From Actinomycetes bacterium (GTDB lineage Bacteria; Actinomycetota; JAHEXW01): 64,000 nucleotides of DNA. The translations under genes were made by a program, and so were the position numbers. The notes below the pieces were generated by a model that made no database searches, was not told where the DNA came from, and was given only the letters and a program-made list of their open reading frames with translations. The stretch's first letter is position 1, and each line of letters opens with the position of its first letter. Shown in pieces: positions 47,620-57,352 of this stretch. The stretch covers positions 11,033 to 75,032 of the forward strand of contig JAHEXW010000003.1 of the NCBI GenBank assembly GCA_023251915.1, read 5' to 3'.

Positions 47620-49854
47620 TCAAACCAACGTAAGGCGGCTGAGGCCGTCCTCGGTTTCGCTGACCTCGATGACGTTTTCAACCTCTTCCTTTATGTCTTC
47701 CACGTGGGTGATGAGGAATATCTGGCGGAAGCGTTTGTCGAGCGCGGCCAGTGAGCGCATGATGTTCATCTTGCGCACGTTGTCCTGGCTGCCGAAGATC
47801 TCATCCAGCACGATGAAGCCGTAGTCGGAACCGGCGCGATCGGCCAGTGTTAACGAGATAGCTAGTCGCAAGCACAGGTTGGCCAGGTCTTTTTCGCCGC
47901 CGCTGAAACGGTCGACCGGGAATTTCCGGCCGTTATCGGTGATGAATATCTCGTAGTCATCGTCTAGTTCTACCTCGGTGTACTTGCCGTCCGTGAGGTC
48001 GGCTAGCAGTTCGCCGGCGCGTTCCGCCAGCATCGGCCGGATCCGGCCGATCAAGTAGGTGCGGAATTCTTTGAACATCTCCACGAGAGCCGCCAGACTA
48101 GCTTGCGTGTCTAGCAGCGCTTTAATGTCACCCGCAACTTTTTCATATGATTCCAGCTCCCGCCGCAGTCCGGCGACTCGTTCCGCAGCCAGCGCGACAG
48201 CTCCTTCGAGATCCTTGACCGCCAGCTCAAGGCCGTGCTTTTCCTCACGCGCGGTATCATAAGCGTCGCGCGACGCGGCGTAGGCGGCCGGGTCGAAGGC
48301 AGCCGCGCCGCCCGCCTCCGCCTCCTTAATAGAGGCTTCCGCCGCGGCTATCTTACCGTGCATCTCTTCTAAAGAAGCCTTAATATCTGGCAGACGCGTG
48401 AGCGCGACGTCCAAGCGTTTTACCTCGTCGCGGCGGTCAGCTAGATAGCGAAGCCGGTCTTCGACGGCCAGACCGGGGGCCAGGAACGTCGCGTCGGCCT
48501 TTGCCTCAGACATGGGCAGGGAGTCGAGCAACCGGGTCGCGCGCTGCAGGATCTCGTGAGAAGCAGCCGCTTGATTGCGCCGCGTCGCCAGGGCCGCCTT
48601 AGCGAGTTCAGCGTTTTGCGCCTGTTCTGCTTCCGCCGTCTTCAGCGCTGTGATTTCAGAGTCAATGTCCAACATACGGCGTTCGATAGCGTCCGTCTCC
48701 GCGGCGATGTGCTCATGAATCTGACCCAGATCCTTCAGTTCTTGATGGCAAGTCGGACAGACTCCGCCTGTACCGATACCGTCGACAAACGTCTCGTCCC
48801 GGCGCAGTTTGTCGATTGCCAGCCCTTCTTGTTCCCGCCGGTCCGCGAGTCTCGCCAACTTGTTCTTTATCGCAGTCAATTCGACACCCAAATCGTCCGC
48901 CTGTTTCTCGGCCGCGGCCAGATCAGTCTGGGCTGCCGCGGCGGCGGCGGTCGCTTCCTTTAGTTCGTCTTCCGCCGCGTAACGCAAGGCCGGCGCGATG
49001 GCGTCCCGGCCGGCTTGTTTGCCGGACAGGTCATCCAGCTCCGCTTGTTTCTCCGTGGCCAAAGCGCGGTAGTGGTCGATGTTTTGGGCCGCCAGTTCTC
49101 GTCGACGGGTTCGTTCTTCGCTGGTAGTTTTGCTGGCTTCTTGGGCCTCAAACGTACCTTTCGCCGCCGCCAAACGTTTAGTGACTTCGTCAACGTCGGT
49201 TCGCGCCGTTGCCAGCCGGACCGCCGCCGCCGTTTCTTCATTGATTGCCGCCGTCAGGCCGGCCTGCAGCGTGATGGGATCGGCCAGGTTCTGACGCAGG
49301 GCCGCGAGTTTGGCCTGTCCGTCGCGGCCGTCTTGTTTGGCCAGTTCAATGGCGCGGTCGACGTCGTCGATACCGAGCATACGAATGATCATCGTTTTCC
49401 GTTCAGCGGGTTTGTAATCGCTCAAGGCGTTCAGTTCTTTTTGCCGGGCGAAGAAGCTTACAAAGAACGCCTCCCGATCCATGCCGAGCAGTTTCACGAT
49501 GTAATCTTGCGCCGGGTGTGCGCCGCGCGCGATAATCTCGCCTCCGGTAATGACTGAAGCGTCGCTGGTCAGGTTCTTGCCCCGCATCTCCCGCACGACC
49601 GTGTATTCGGCGCCCCCAAGTTCGAACGTCAGCTCGACCCGGGCGACCTCATCGGCATGACTGCCTTGCCGGCGAATGTCTTCTTTGCCGGTCCGGGCCG
49701 CCGGATGTCCGTAGAGAACCCAACCTACCGCTTCCAGCAGTGTCGATTTGCCTGTCCCGTTTTGGCCCAGAATGCCAGTCAAACCGTCCGGCAGGTCAAC
49801 CTCAGCGCTGGCGTATTTACGAAAGTTGGTCAGTTTAATGTTTATCAGTCTCAC
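47620..49854 (-). CDS. sbcC: SbcC/Rad50-like SMC ATPase
   Basis: Walker A GQNGTGKST, coiled coil with zinc hook CPTC, FSGGEK, Walker B VLDEIFG, LITH. Confidence 0.92.
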   Translation of the reverse strand: MRLINIKLTNFRKYASAEVDLPDGLTGILGQNGTGKSTLLEAVGWVLYGHPAARTGKEDIRRQGSHADEVARVELTFELGGAEYTVVREMRGKNLTSDASVITGGEIIARGAHPAQDYIVKLLGMDREAFFVSFFARQKELNALSDYKPAERKTMIIRMLGIDDVDRAIELAKQDGRDGQAKLAALRQNLADPITLQAGLTAAINEETAAAVRLATARTDVDEVTKRLAAAKGTFEAQEASKTTSEERTRRRELAAQNIDHYRALATEKQAELDDLSGKQAGRDAIAPALRYAAEDELKEATAAAAAAQTDLAAAEKQADDLGVELTAIKNKLARLADRREQEGLAIDKLRRDETFVDGIGTGGVCPTCHQELKDLGQIHEHIAAETDAIERRMLDIDSEITALKTAEAEQAQNAELAKAALATRRNQAAASHEILQRATRLLDSLPMSEAKADATFLAPGLAVEDRLRYLADRRDEVKRLDVALTRLPDIKASLEEMHGKIAAAEASIKEAEAGGAAAFDPAAYAASRDAYDTAREEKHGLELAVKDLEGAVALAAERVAGLRRELESYEKVAGDIKALLDTQASLAALVEMFKEFRTYLIGRIRPMLAERAGELLADLTDGKYTEVELDDDYEIFITDNGRKFPVDRFSGGEKDLANLCLRLAISLTLADRAGSDYGFIVLDEIFGSQDNVRKMNIMRSLAALDKRFRQIFLITHVEDIKEEVENVIEVSETEDGLSRLTLV

Positions 49855-50972
49855 GAGCGCTCCTGGGCGGCACGGTCCAAGTATTCGAGACCTAACTGCA
49901 GCGTATGATCGCTGTCTTTGCCGGCGGGACGGCCGCGCAGCCAGTCACGCAGCTCTTCGTTGAGTGCCCCGATGGCAGCGGGGCCGGAAATCTCGGTCGT
50001 CGTCTCGTCGGCCCGGTTATATCTGATATCAATATGGGTGGCCTGTTTGGTGAGGTCTTTCAAGCGATTAAAATCAAGAGCATTCTGAACCTCGGGACTA
50101 ATATTGTCTATGGAGAGGCGGGCGATGCTCCCGGCCGAATCAGTTACGGCGGCTTCGATAGCCGCTTGAATGGCGTCAGCTTCCAAACCGGCCGCGTTGA
50201 TCGTCGTCAGATCTCGCATCGGGCGCAACTTCAGTTGATGCCACGCAATCTGTTTGGTGGCCAAATCAATCTCGAGAATGCCCTTTTCCTGTCCGACCTC
50301 GCCGAAACTGAGACGCTCAGTCGCCCCCGCATAGTAGGCGTTAGGCCTGACCCCAGTCTTCCGATGATAGTGGCCCAAAGCAATGTAGTCATAGTCGGGC
50401 CGCAGGTATTTCTCGGGAACAACCTGCTCGGAGAACTCGCCCATCGAAAACTCCGGGACGCCAGCTACAGCGGCGTGCAACATCAGAATGTTGTAGGGAG
50501 ACGCGGGGTCTGGTTTGGCCAGCTCCAGCTGCGCGTGCAGGTCCTCGTCCGTCTGGCACTGCGGCACGGCATGTACCATTAGCTCGCCGAGCTGAACCGT
50601 CTCATACTTGCTTCTAAAGACAGGGTGAATCAATGGGAATTCAGGCAGGTCAAATAGGCGAAAGACGCTCGCGGTGCCGCGCACCCGGGGCAAAGAATGA
50701 TTACCCGATATGACGACCAGAGGAATGCCGGCCTCGCCTAGGCGCCTCAGTTGCTCAAAAGCGACGGTCAGGGCTTGATTGGTTGGACGGACGCTATTGA
50801 AGAGGTCGCCAGAATGCAGGGCCGCATCCGGCTTCAATTCCAAAATAATGTCTATGGCCTGACGAAAGGCGTCATAAACATCGGCTTCGCGTTGGTTCAA
50901 ACCCGTCGCGGGGTCGATGGCCCGGTAGGTCTGGAAACCGAGATGAGTATCGCTGAAGTGTACAATACGCAT
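49851..50972 (-). CDS. sbcD: SbcD/Mre11 nuclease
   Basis: HFSDTHLG, HSGDLF, ISGNHS, LHAA, ALGHYH, YAGATE. Confidence 0.93.
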   Translation of the reverse strand: MRIVHFSDTHLGFQTYRAIDPATGLNQREADVYDAFRQAIDIILELKPDAALHSGDLFNSVRPTNQALTVAFEQLRRLGEAGIPLVVISGNHSLPRVRGTASVFRLFDLPEFPLIHPVFRSKYETVQLGELMVHAVPQCQTDEDLHAQLELAKPDPASPYNILMLHAAVAGVPEFSMGEFSEQVVPEKYLRPDYDYIALGHYHRKTGVRPNAYYAGATERLSFGEVGQEKGILEIDLATKQIAWHQLKLRPMRDLTTINAAGLEADAIQAAIEAAVTDSAGSIARLSIDNISPEVQNALDFNRLKDLTKQATHIDIRYNRADETTTEISGPAAIGALNEELRDWLRGRPAGKDSDHTLQLGLEYLDRAAQERS

Positions 50973-51152
50973 ATGTTAACCCGAAAGAGTACGAGGATTA
51001 CAAAGAGTACAAGGACGATGTTTGGAACAGTTCATAGCGGGTAAAAACGCCTCCATATCTTCTAAAAGGGATTATCAGTATCATACCTTTTTGATAAGAT
51101 ATATGCCTATACGACCTTGGGCAACTTGTGCCCGTTCAATGCGGAGGGAATT

Positions 51153-51893
51153 ATGACTCTCGCGATCATCGGCGGCACCGGTCTGGAGAATCTGGCCGGC
51201 AGTCTCGAACACAGGGAACAGAAGACGGTAACGACTCCGTTTGGAGACGCTTGGCTGACCAAGGGCGAGTTGGATGGGTCACCGTTAATCTTCCTGGCCC
51301 GTCACGGCTTGACTCACGCGACGGCGCCGCACAACATCAACTACCGCGCCAACATGCGGGCGCTCAAGGACGAGGGTGTTACCAACATCATGGCCGCGGC
51401 CGCGGTCGGATCGGTGAAAAACGAGATCAAGCCGGGTGATTTTGTCGTCATCGATCAATTCATCGACTTTACCAAGAACCGAGCGGCGACCTACTCGACC
51501 GACGGCGAACCACTCTATCACACCGACATGACGGAGCCTTACGACGGCGGTCTCCGGCGCTTGCTTATGACTGCCGCCGACGCCAAAGGGGTATCCTTGC
51601 GGCGGGGAGGAACGTATGTCTGTACCGAAGGCCCCCGTTTTGAGACAGCCGCGGAAATCCGGATGTTCCAGACGCTCGGGGGCGACGTGGTCGGTATGAC
51701 CGGCGTACCCGAGGTTGTTCTGGCGGCTGAGCTACAGATGCCGTACGCGGCTTTGTGTATCGTGACCAACTACGCGGCCGGTCTAGCCGGTCACGGTCTA
51801 ACGTACGAGGAATGCGCCGACGAAATGGAACGGCGCCAGGCGACGCTGATGGATGTGTTCATGAGCGCGGCCAAAGCGGGAAAACTTCTTTAG
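51153..51893 (+). CDS. mtnP: MTAP-family purine nucleoside phosphorylase, probably methylthioinosine-specific
   Basis: IIGGTG, TPFG, ARHG, NYRAN, DQFID, HTDMTEPY, GPRFET.AE, VVGMT; VTN at the specificity position. Confidence 0.9.
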   Translation: MTLAIIGGTGLENLAGSLEHREQKTVTTPFGDAWLTKGELDGSPLIFLARHGLTHATAPHNINYRANMRALKDEGVTNIMAAAAVGSVKNEIKPGDFVVIDQFIDFTKNRAATYSTDGEPLYHTDMTEPYDGGLRRLLMTAADAKGVSLRRGGTYVCTEGPRFETAAEIRMFQTLGGDVVGMTGVPEVVLAAELQMPYAALCIVTNYAAGLAGHGLTYEECADEMERRQATLMDVFMSAAKAGKLL

Positions 51894-51900
51894 GAGCAGT

Positions 51901-53196
51901 TTGAACAAGACCTTAATCTCTAACACGACCGTCATTACCATGAATGACGCGGCCGACATCCTAGAAGCAGCCGATGTCCTGGTTGAAGACAATCACATAG
52001 CGGCGGTAGGCCCGACGGGCACCCTGAATGAACGGGACGCGAGCGTCGTAGACGGGCGCGACCGGGCTGTATTGCCGGGCCTCGTAAATGCCCATACGCA
52101 CGCCGCCATGACTCTCTTGCGCGGTTACGCCGATGACCTGCCTCTCACGGAATGGTTAGAGACGAAGATCTGGCCGCGGGAAGCGTTTTTGCGAGAAGGC
52201 GACGTTTACGCAGGTACGATGCTGGCGGCGGCGGAGATGATTCGGGGGGGAACGACTTGCTACGCCGACATGTATTTCTCCTCTGCCGAGATGGCGGCGG
52301 CGGCGACGGACGCGGGTCTGCGCGCCAGCGTGAGCGGTGTCCTCCTGGGTATTCTGCCGTCGATCGATGAAGACCTGCGGCGGGAGATTGCTTTTGTCGA
52401 AAGCTGGAACGATCCAGATGGCCGTGTGACAGGCGCTTTCGGTCCGCATTCTCTGTACACTTGCGGGGCCGAAGTTCTGCGAGGGGTGGCCGAAGAGGCC
52501 AAACGCCTGGGTGCGCTGGTTCATTTGCACCTTTTGGAGACGGCCCACGAACGGGATGATATAGTGGCGCTGCAGGAGCGAACCCCCCTGCACGCGCTGC
52601 GGGAAGCCGGTCTATTGGAAACGCCTGTGTTGGCGGCGCATTGTGTCTATCTAGCCGAACGCGATGTAGACGTTCTGGCCGGGCAGCCTTTTGCGGCCGC
52701 GCATTGTCCCGGCAGTAATCTTAAGCTCGCCAGCGGAATCGCGCCGGTGCCTGACTTTCTCAAAAAAGGTCTAACGGCGGCGCTGGGGACCGATGGCGCA
52801 GCGTCGAACAACAATTTGGATATGCTGGAAGAAGCCCGACTGGCGGCCTTGATCCATAAAGCCAACCGGTCCGACGCCACTGCTGTCACCGCCTATCAGG
52901 CATTATTCATGGCGACGCGCGCCGGCGCGACGGCGCTAAACCAAGCGGGAACGATCGGGCAGTTAACGCCCGGATATAAGGCCGACTTGTTGCTGATTAA
53001 TCTGACCGCTCCTCATATGACGCCGCAACACAACGTTGTGGCCAATATCGTTTACAGCGCCGGCGCCTCGGATGTCACCGACACGATGGTAGACGGCCGC
53101 TGGCTGATGCGCGACCGCGAGGTACTGTCATTTAATGAGAGCGAGACCATAACTAAGGGAGCGGCCACAGCCGCGGACCTGGTTATAAGAACCTAA
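51901..53196 (+). CDS. mtaD: 5'-methylthioadenosine/S-adenosylhomocysteine deaminase
   Basis: PGLVNAHTHAAMTLLRG, WLETKIWP, DMYF, PHSLY, HLHLLE, AAHCV, HCPGSNLKLASG, LGTDGAASNN.LDM. Confidence 0.9.
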   Translation: MNKTLISNTTVITMNDAADILEAADVLVEDNHIAAVGPTGTLNERDASVVDGRDRAVLPGLVNAHTHAAMTLLRGYADDLPLTEWLETKIWPREAFLREGDVYAGTMLAAAEMIRGGTTCYADMYFSSAEMAAAATDAGLRASVSGVLLGILPSIDEDLRREIAFVESWNDPDGRVTGAFGPHSLYTCGAEVLRGVAEEAKRLGALVHLHLLETAHERDDIVALQERTPLHALREAGLLETPVLAAHCVYLAERDVDVLAGQPFAAAHCPGSNLKLASGIAPVPDFLKKGLTAALGTDGAASNNNLDMLEEARLAALIHKANRSDATAVTAYQALFMATRAGATALNQAGTIGQLTPGYKADLLLINLTAPHMTPQHNVVANIVYSAGASDVTDTMVDGRWLMRDREVLSFNESETITKGAATAADLVIRT

Positions 53197-53199
53197 CTA

Positions 53200-53256
53200 C
53201 CTATTGTCCAATTGATTGGGCAATGAATATTGCGCAATTGCTTATTGGACAATAGG
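53200..53256. promoter_or_regulatory. 13-bp inverted repeat between mtaD and iorA (operator or terminator)
   Basis: CCTATTGTCCAAT (53200-12) and ATTGGACAATAGG (53244-56). Confidence 0.5.
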
Positions 53257-53291
53257 CTTTACGGAAAGTGTATGTATTTCAAGGGGGTTTT

Positions 53292-55103
53292 ATGACGAAA
53301 AAGTTAATGAGCGGCAACGAGGCGCTTGCGCGCGGGGCCTTCGAGGCGGGCGTGACCGTCGCAGCCGGTTATCCCGGGACGCCTTCGACCGAGATTCTGG
53401 AAGAGCTAGTCAAAAGCGAGGGTGTCTACGCGGAGTGGGCGCCGAACGAAAAGGTAGCATTTGAGGTTGGAATCGGTGCATCGATCGCCGGAGCCCGCGT
53501 TTTGGTGACGCTGAAGCAGGTGGGCCTGAATGTCGCGGCCGACCCTTTGTTCACCTTCAGTTATACGGGCGTGAACGGCGGATTTGTCTTCATCAACGCC
53601 GACGACCCGCAGCTGCACAGCTCGCAGAACGAACAGGACAACCGGCACTATGCCCGTGCGGCCAAAATCCCCATGCTGGAGCCGGCCGACAGCGCCGAAG
53701 CGAAAGCCATGTTGATCAAGGCCTATGGTATCTCGGAAGAATTCGACACGCCGGTCATGCTGCGGACTACTACCCGGATCTCTCACTCCAAATCGATCGT
53801 CGAATTAGGCGAACGTTCAGAGGTTGGCAACAAGCCGTATGAAAAAAGATTCGACAAGTTCGTGATGTTGCCTGGTAACGCGTTCAAGCGTCACATCTTT
53901 GTTGAGGAACGCCTGCGCCGGCTTGCCGAATTCAACGACGCCGGTGATCTGAATCCGATTATTTCCGGCAGTCCCAAGCTTGGCATCATCGCCGCCGGAG
54001 CTGCTTACGAATATGCGCGCGAGGCGTTTCCCGCTGCCAGCCACCTAAAGCTAGGCATGACTTATCCTCTGCCTGCCGAGACGATCCGTGCGTTTGCCGC
54101 CGGAGTGGAGCGGTTGTTTGTGGTCGAGGAGCTTGACCCGTTCCTGGAAGACCAGATCAAGGCCATGGGCATCGAAGTGACAGGCAAGGCCTGCCTGCCT
54201 TTGATTGGCGAGTTGAACCCAGATATCGTTTTCAAGGGTATTACCGGAGCCTACGACGAAGCCAAGGATCTGGCGCGTCCCGGATTGGCTGAGGAACTGG
54301 CCGAGAGCGACCGTCTGCAGACTGATTTCGCCGACGCGCCGATGCGTCCGCCGATCATGTGCCCCGGCTGTCCGCATCGTGCCGTCTACAGCGTCTTGAA
54401 ACGTCTTAAGGTCATCGTTAACGGTGACATTGGCTGCTACACGCTGGGGGCGCTGCCGCCGTTGAGCGGCCTGGACACCCAACTGTGCATGGGCACCGGA
54501 GTCTCGGTAGTGCACGGCTTCGGCTTGGCCGATCCGGATTTTAGAAAGCGCGCCGTCGGCGTCATCGGCGATTCAACGTTCATCCACTCCGGCATAACCG
54601 GGTTGATCGATATCGTTTACAACGGCGGCCAGAACACGGTAATCATCTTGGACAACCGCATCACAGCCATGACCGGCCGGCAACAGAACCCGGCCACCGG
54701 ACGCACGCTGCGCGGCACCCCGGCGCCAGAACTAGATTTCGAACAGCTGGCTGCGGCCATTGGCGTCAAATCGGTCCGCGTCGTCGATCCTTACGAGACC
54801 GAAGAGGTCGAGCGGGCGGTCAAGGAGGAACTGGCAAAGGATGAGGCGTCGTTGATTATCGCGCGCCGTCCCTGTCTGCTGGTGGAGCGTTTCACAGCCC
54901 CGCCGTTCGCAGTCGACCCGGTTACATGCAAAGACTGCGGCGCTTGTTCCAACATCGGGTGTCCGGCCATTGCCAAGTCCGGCGCCCCGATCAAACCAGG
55001 CGGCCCCGCCAAACCGGTGATCGACCCGGCCGTCTGTGTCGGGTGCGCGCTGTGTTTTAAGGCCTGCAAGTTCGACGCGATCTCACAGGCCAAGGAGGGC
55101 TAG
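53292..55103 (+). CDS. iorA: Indolepyruvate:ferredoxin oxidoreductase alpha subunit
   Basis: MSGNEALARG, YPGTPSTEI, WAPNEKVA, GLNVAAD, SQNEQDNR, MCPGCPH, GDIGCY, IGDSTF.HSG, C-terminal 2x[4Fe-4S]. Confidence 0.96.
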   Translation: MTKKLMSGNEALARGAFEAGVTVAAGYPGTPSTEILEELVKSEGVYAEWAPNEKVAFEVGIGASIAGARVLVTLKQVGLNVAADPLFTFSYTGVNGGFVFINADDPQLHSSQNEQDNRHYARAAKIPMLEPADSAEAKAMLIKAYGISEEFDTPVMLRTTTRISHSKSIVELGERSEVGNKPYEKRFDKFVMLPGNAFKRHIFVEERLRRLAEFNDAGDLNPIISGSPKLGIIAAGAAYEYAREAFPAASHLKLGMTYPLPAETIRAFAAGVERLFVVEELDPFLEDQIKAMGIEVTGKACLPLIGELNPDIVFKGITGAYDEAKDLARPGLAEELAESDRLQTDFADAPMRPPIMCPGCPHRAVYSVLKRLKVIVNGDIGCYTLGALPPLSGLDTQLCMGTGVSVVHGFGLADPDFRKRAVGVIGDSTFIHSGITGLIDIVYNGGQNTVIILDNRITAMTGRQQNPATGRTLRGTPAPELDFEQLAAAIGVKSVRVVDPYETEEVERAVKEELAKDEASLIIARRPCLLVERFTAPPFAVDPVTCKDCGACSNIGCPAIAKSGAPIKPGGPAKPVIDPAVCVGCALCFKACKFDAISQAKEG

Positions 55104-55104
55104 G

Positions 55105-55695
55105 ATGACTCAGGACAAGACAACCAACATTCTGATCGTCGGGGTAGGCGGTCAGGGCATTTTGCTATCGGCCGACATTCTGGCGCTCCTGCTGGTAGGA
55201 CAGGGCTTCGACGTCAAACAGGCCGAGATCCACGGCATGAGCCAGCGGGGCGGTTCCGTGCATTCGATGGTTCGCTACGGGACGGCTATTTCCAGCCCTC
55301 TTATTAGCCGGGGCGACGTCGACTACTTGATGGCCTACGAAGAGCTGGAGGCGTTGCGTTGGGCGCCCTTCGTAAAGCCGGGCGGAACGGTCATCGTCAA
55401 CAAAAAGCAGATAGCGCCGGCGCCGGTGGCGCTGGGGGTCGCTGCCTATCCGGAGGATCCTCTGGCGCGGCTGCGGCAGAATTTCGCGCGCACTACTTTG
55501 GTCGAGGCCGACCGGCTGGCGCAAGAAGCCGGTAATGTTCGGGCCGCGAACCTGGTGATGTTGGGCGCGCTGGCCGCGGGTCTGCCGTTCAGCAAGGAAT
55601 TGTGGCGCGACACTATCGCCGGACGCGTTCCGCCGAAAACACTTGAGGTTAACCAGGATGCCTTTGAGCTGGGGTGGGAGGTAGCGAATGCCTGA
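55105..55695 (+). CDS. iorB: Indolepyruvate:ferredoxin oxidoreductase beta subunit
   Basis: GVGGQG, EIHGMSQRGGSV, E.LEALR, NLVMLG. Confidence 0.95.
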   Translation: MTQDKTTNILIVGVGGQGILLSADILALLLVGQGFDVKQAEIHGMSQRGGSVHSMVRYGTAISSPLISRGDVDYLMAYEELEALRWAPFVKPGGTVIVNKKQIAPAPVALGVAAYPEDPLARLRQNFARTTLVEADRLAQEAGNVRAANLVMLGALAAGLPFSKELWRDTIAGRVPPKTLEVNQDAFELGWEVANA

Positions 55696-56107
55696 TTACA
55701 AAGTACGACAGCTGGCGGTCTTCATGGAGAATAAGCCTGGGCGTTTGAATGAGATAACGCGGGCGTTGGCCAATGCGCATGTCAATATCCGGGGCTTCAG
55801 CGTGGCTGACATGGCCGACTACGGCATCTTTCGGGTTATCGTCCACGATCCCGATACAGCCAAGTCAGTTCTCGACGAGCTTGGGTTTGCCGCGAAAGAA
55901 AGCGATGTCATCTGCGCGAACGTCCCAGACGAACCCGGTGGTTTGGCGCGCATCTTAGATGTTTTTTCCCAAGCGGGGATTAGTGTAGAGTATATGTACA
56001 TTATCGCCGAGACCAAGATCGCGTTTAGCGTCGAAGACATCGACCGCGCGATCGAGGTGCTGGTCGGCGCAGGCGTAGAACTACTAACAAAGGGGGCAAT
56101 TCAGTGA
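55688..56107 (+). CDS. Tandem ACT-domain protein
   Basis: QLAVFMENKPGRL, NIRGFSVAD..DYGIFR, PDEPGGL, VEYMY. Confidence 0.9.
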   Translation: MPDYKVRQLAVFMENKPGRLNEITRALANAHVNIRGFSVADMADYGIFRVIVHDPDTAKSVLDELGFAAKESDVICANVPDEPGGLARILDVFSQAGISVEYMYIIAETKIAFSVEDIDRAIEVLVGAGVELLTKGAIQ

Positions 56108-57282
56108 GACAGAGAATCTTTGTACTGATTTTAGCCGTTGCGGCTCTAGCCTTGGCGGTCGCCGGATGTAAGGCCGACACTAGCAAGACGGGAACGGTGA
56201 CGACGAAAGAGCCGATCAAGATAGGTGCCGTACTATCTGTTACCGGAGCCAACGCGCCGCTGGGCGACGCCGAAAAAAAGACATTGGAAATGGAAGTCGA
56301 TAAGCTTAACAAGGCCGGCGGAATCAAGGGCGCTCCGGTCGAGCTTACCATCGAAGATGACGAATCGGACGCCTCCAAAGCGGTCGCGGCTCTGAATAAG
56401 TTGCTCAAGGTGGACAAGGTAGTCGCCATAATCGGCGGCACCGGAACCACCCCGACCATGGCGATGAAACCGATCACGGCCAAGGAAAAGACGCCGCAGA
56501 TCGCGCTTGTCGCCGGCAACCAAGTCACCAAGGACGATTACAAGTGGATCTTCCGCACCGCCCACAACGAAACCTATGTTTTTAAGAAGGCAATCGATTA
56601 CCTCAGTCAGACGGTTAAGGTTAAGAATCTCGCGATTCTGCATGATTCGAACGCGTATGGTCAAGGGGGCGCCGACGAGATCAAGCGCATAGCGACCGCG
56701 ATGGGCCTGCCTATCGTGGCGACAGAGAAATACGATTCAACCGCAACCGACGTTACCACCCAGCTGACAACCATTAAGGGCGCCAATCCCGATTGTCTGA
56801 TCATCTGGGGGACCAATCCGGTGCCTGCCGTGGCTGTCAAGAACATGAAGCAACTAGGTATGACCATGCCTGTCTTGGGTAGCCAAGGCATAGCTAACGC
56901 CAAGTTCATCGAGCTGGCGGGGGCCGCCGCCAACGGCGTAGTCTTCCCGGCAGGTTGGGTGCTGGTACCGAATGATATTCCGGCAAGTAACCCGCAAAAG
57001 CCGGTCATCGACGGATTCGTCAAGGATTACACCGCAAAATATAAGGCAGCCCCCAATAGCTTCGCGGGGCACGCCTGGGACGCCTTCCATATCCTCGTTA
57101 AGGCCATAGAGACGGTCGGCCCGGACAAGGCCAAAATCAGGGGCCAGATTGAAAAGACCACGAACTTTGTCGGCGTTGACGGCATCTTTCAGTACTCGGC
57201 AACCAATCACGACGGACTCGATCGAGAGGACCTCGTGATCATCAAGATTGAAAACGGTAAGTGGGTGCTCGGCTCTCAATAG
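56104..57282 (+). CDS. Liv-family ABC substrate-binding lipoprotein 1
   Basis: Lipobox VAGC; IKIGAVLSVTG, DDESD, IGGTGT, TDVTTQL, FVGVDG. Confidence 0.92.
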   Translation: MRQRIFVLILAVAALALAVAGCKADTSKTGTVTTKEPIKIGAVLSVTGANAPLGDAEKKTLEMEVDKLNKAGGIKGAPVELTIEDDESDASKAVAALNKLLKVDKVVAIIGGTGTTPTMAMKPITAKEKTPQIALVAGNQVTKDDYKWIFRTAHNETYVFKKAIDYLSQTVKVKNLAILHDSNAYGQGGADEIKRIATAMGLPIVATEKYDSTATDVTTQLTTIKGANPDCLIIWGTNPVPAVAVKNMKQLGMTMPVLGSQGIANAKFIELAGAAANGVVFPAGWVLVPNDIPASNPQKPVIDGFVKDYTAKYKAAPNSFAGHAWDAFHILVKAIETVGPDKAKIRGQIEKTTNFVGVDGIFQYSATNHDGLDREDLVIIKIENGKWVLGSQ

Positions 57283-57352
57283 GGCCGGGCGTTTCGCCCC
57301 AGGCGTGGGCTACCCGGAAAATGGCTTGCGAAACAGGAGGGAGGTTATTGGA

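Noticed and set aside
47620-50972. SMC + nuclease pair as a Wadjet/anti-plasmid defence system
   Set aside because: It has the Rad50 zinc hook (CPTC) and an Mre11-type phosphoesterase; no JetA/B/D partners. This is housekeeping SbcCD.
53197-53291. T-box leader before the ior/liv cluster
   Set aside because: Too short and lacks the T-box TGGNACC antiterminator motif.
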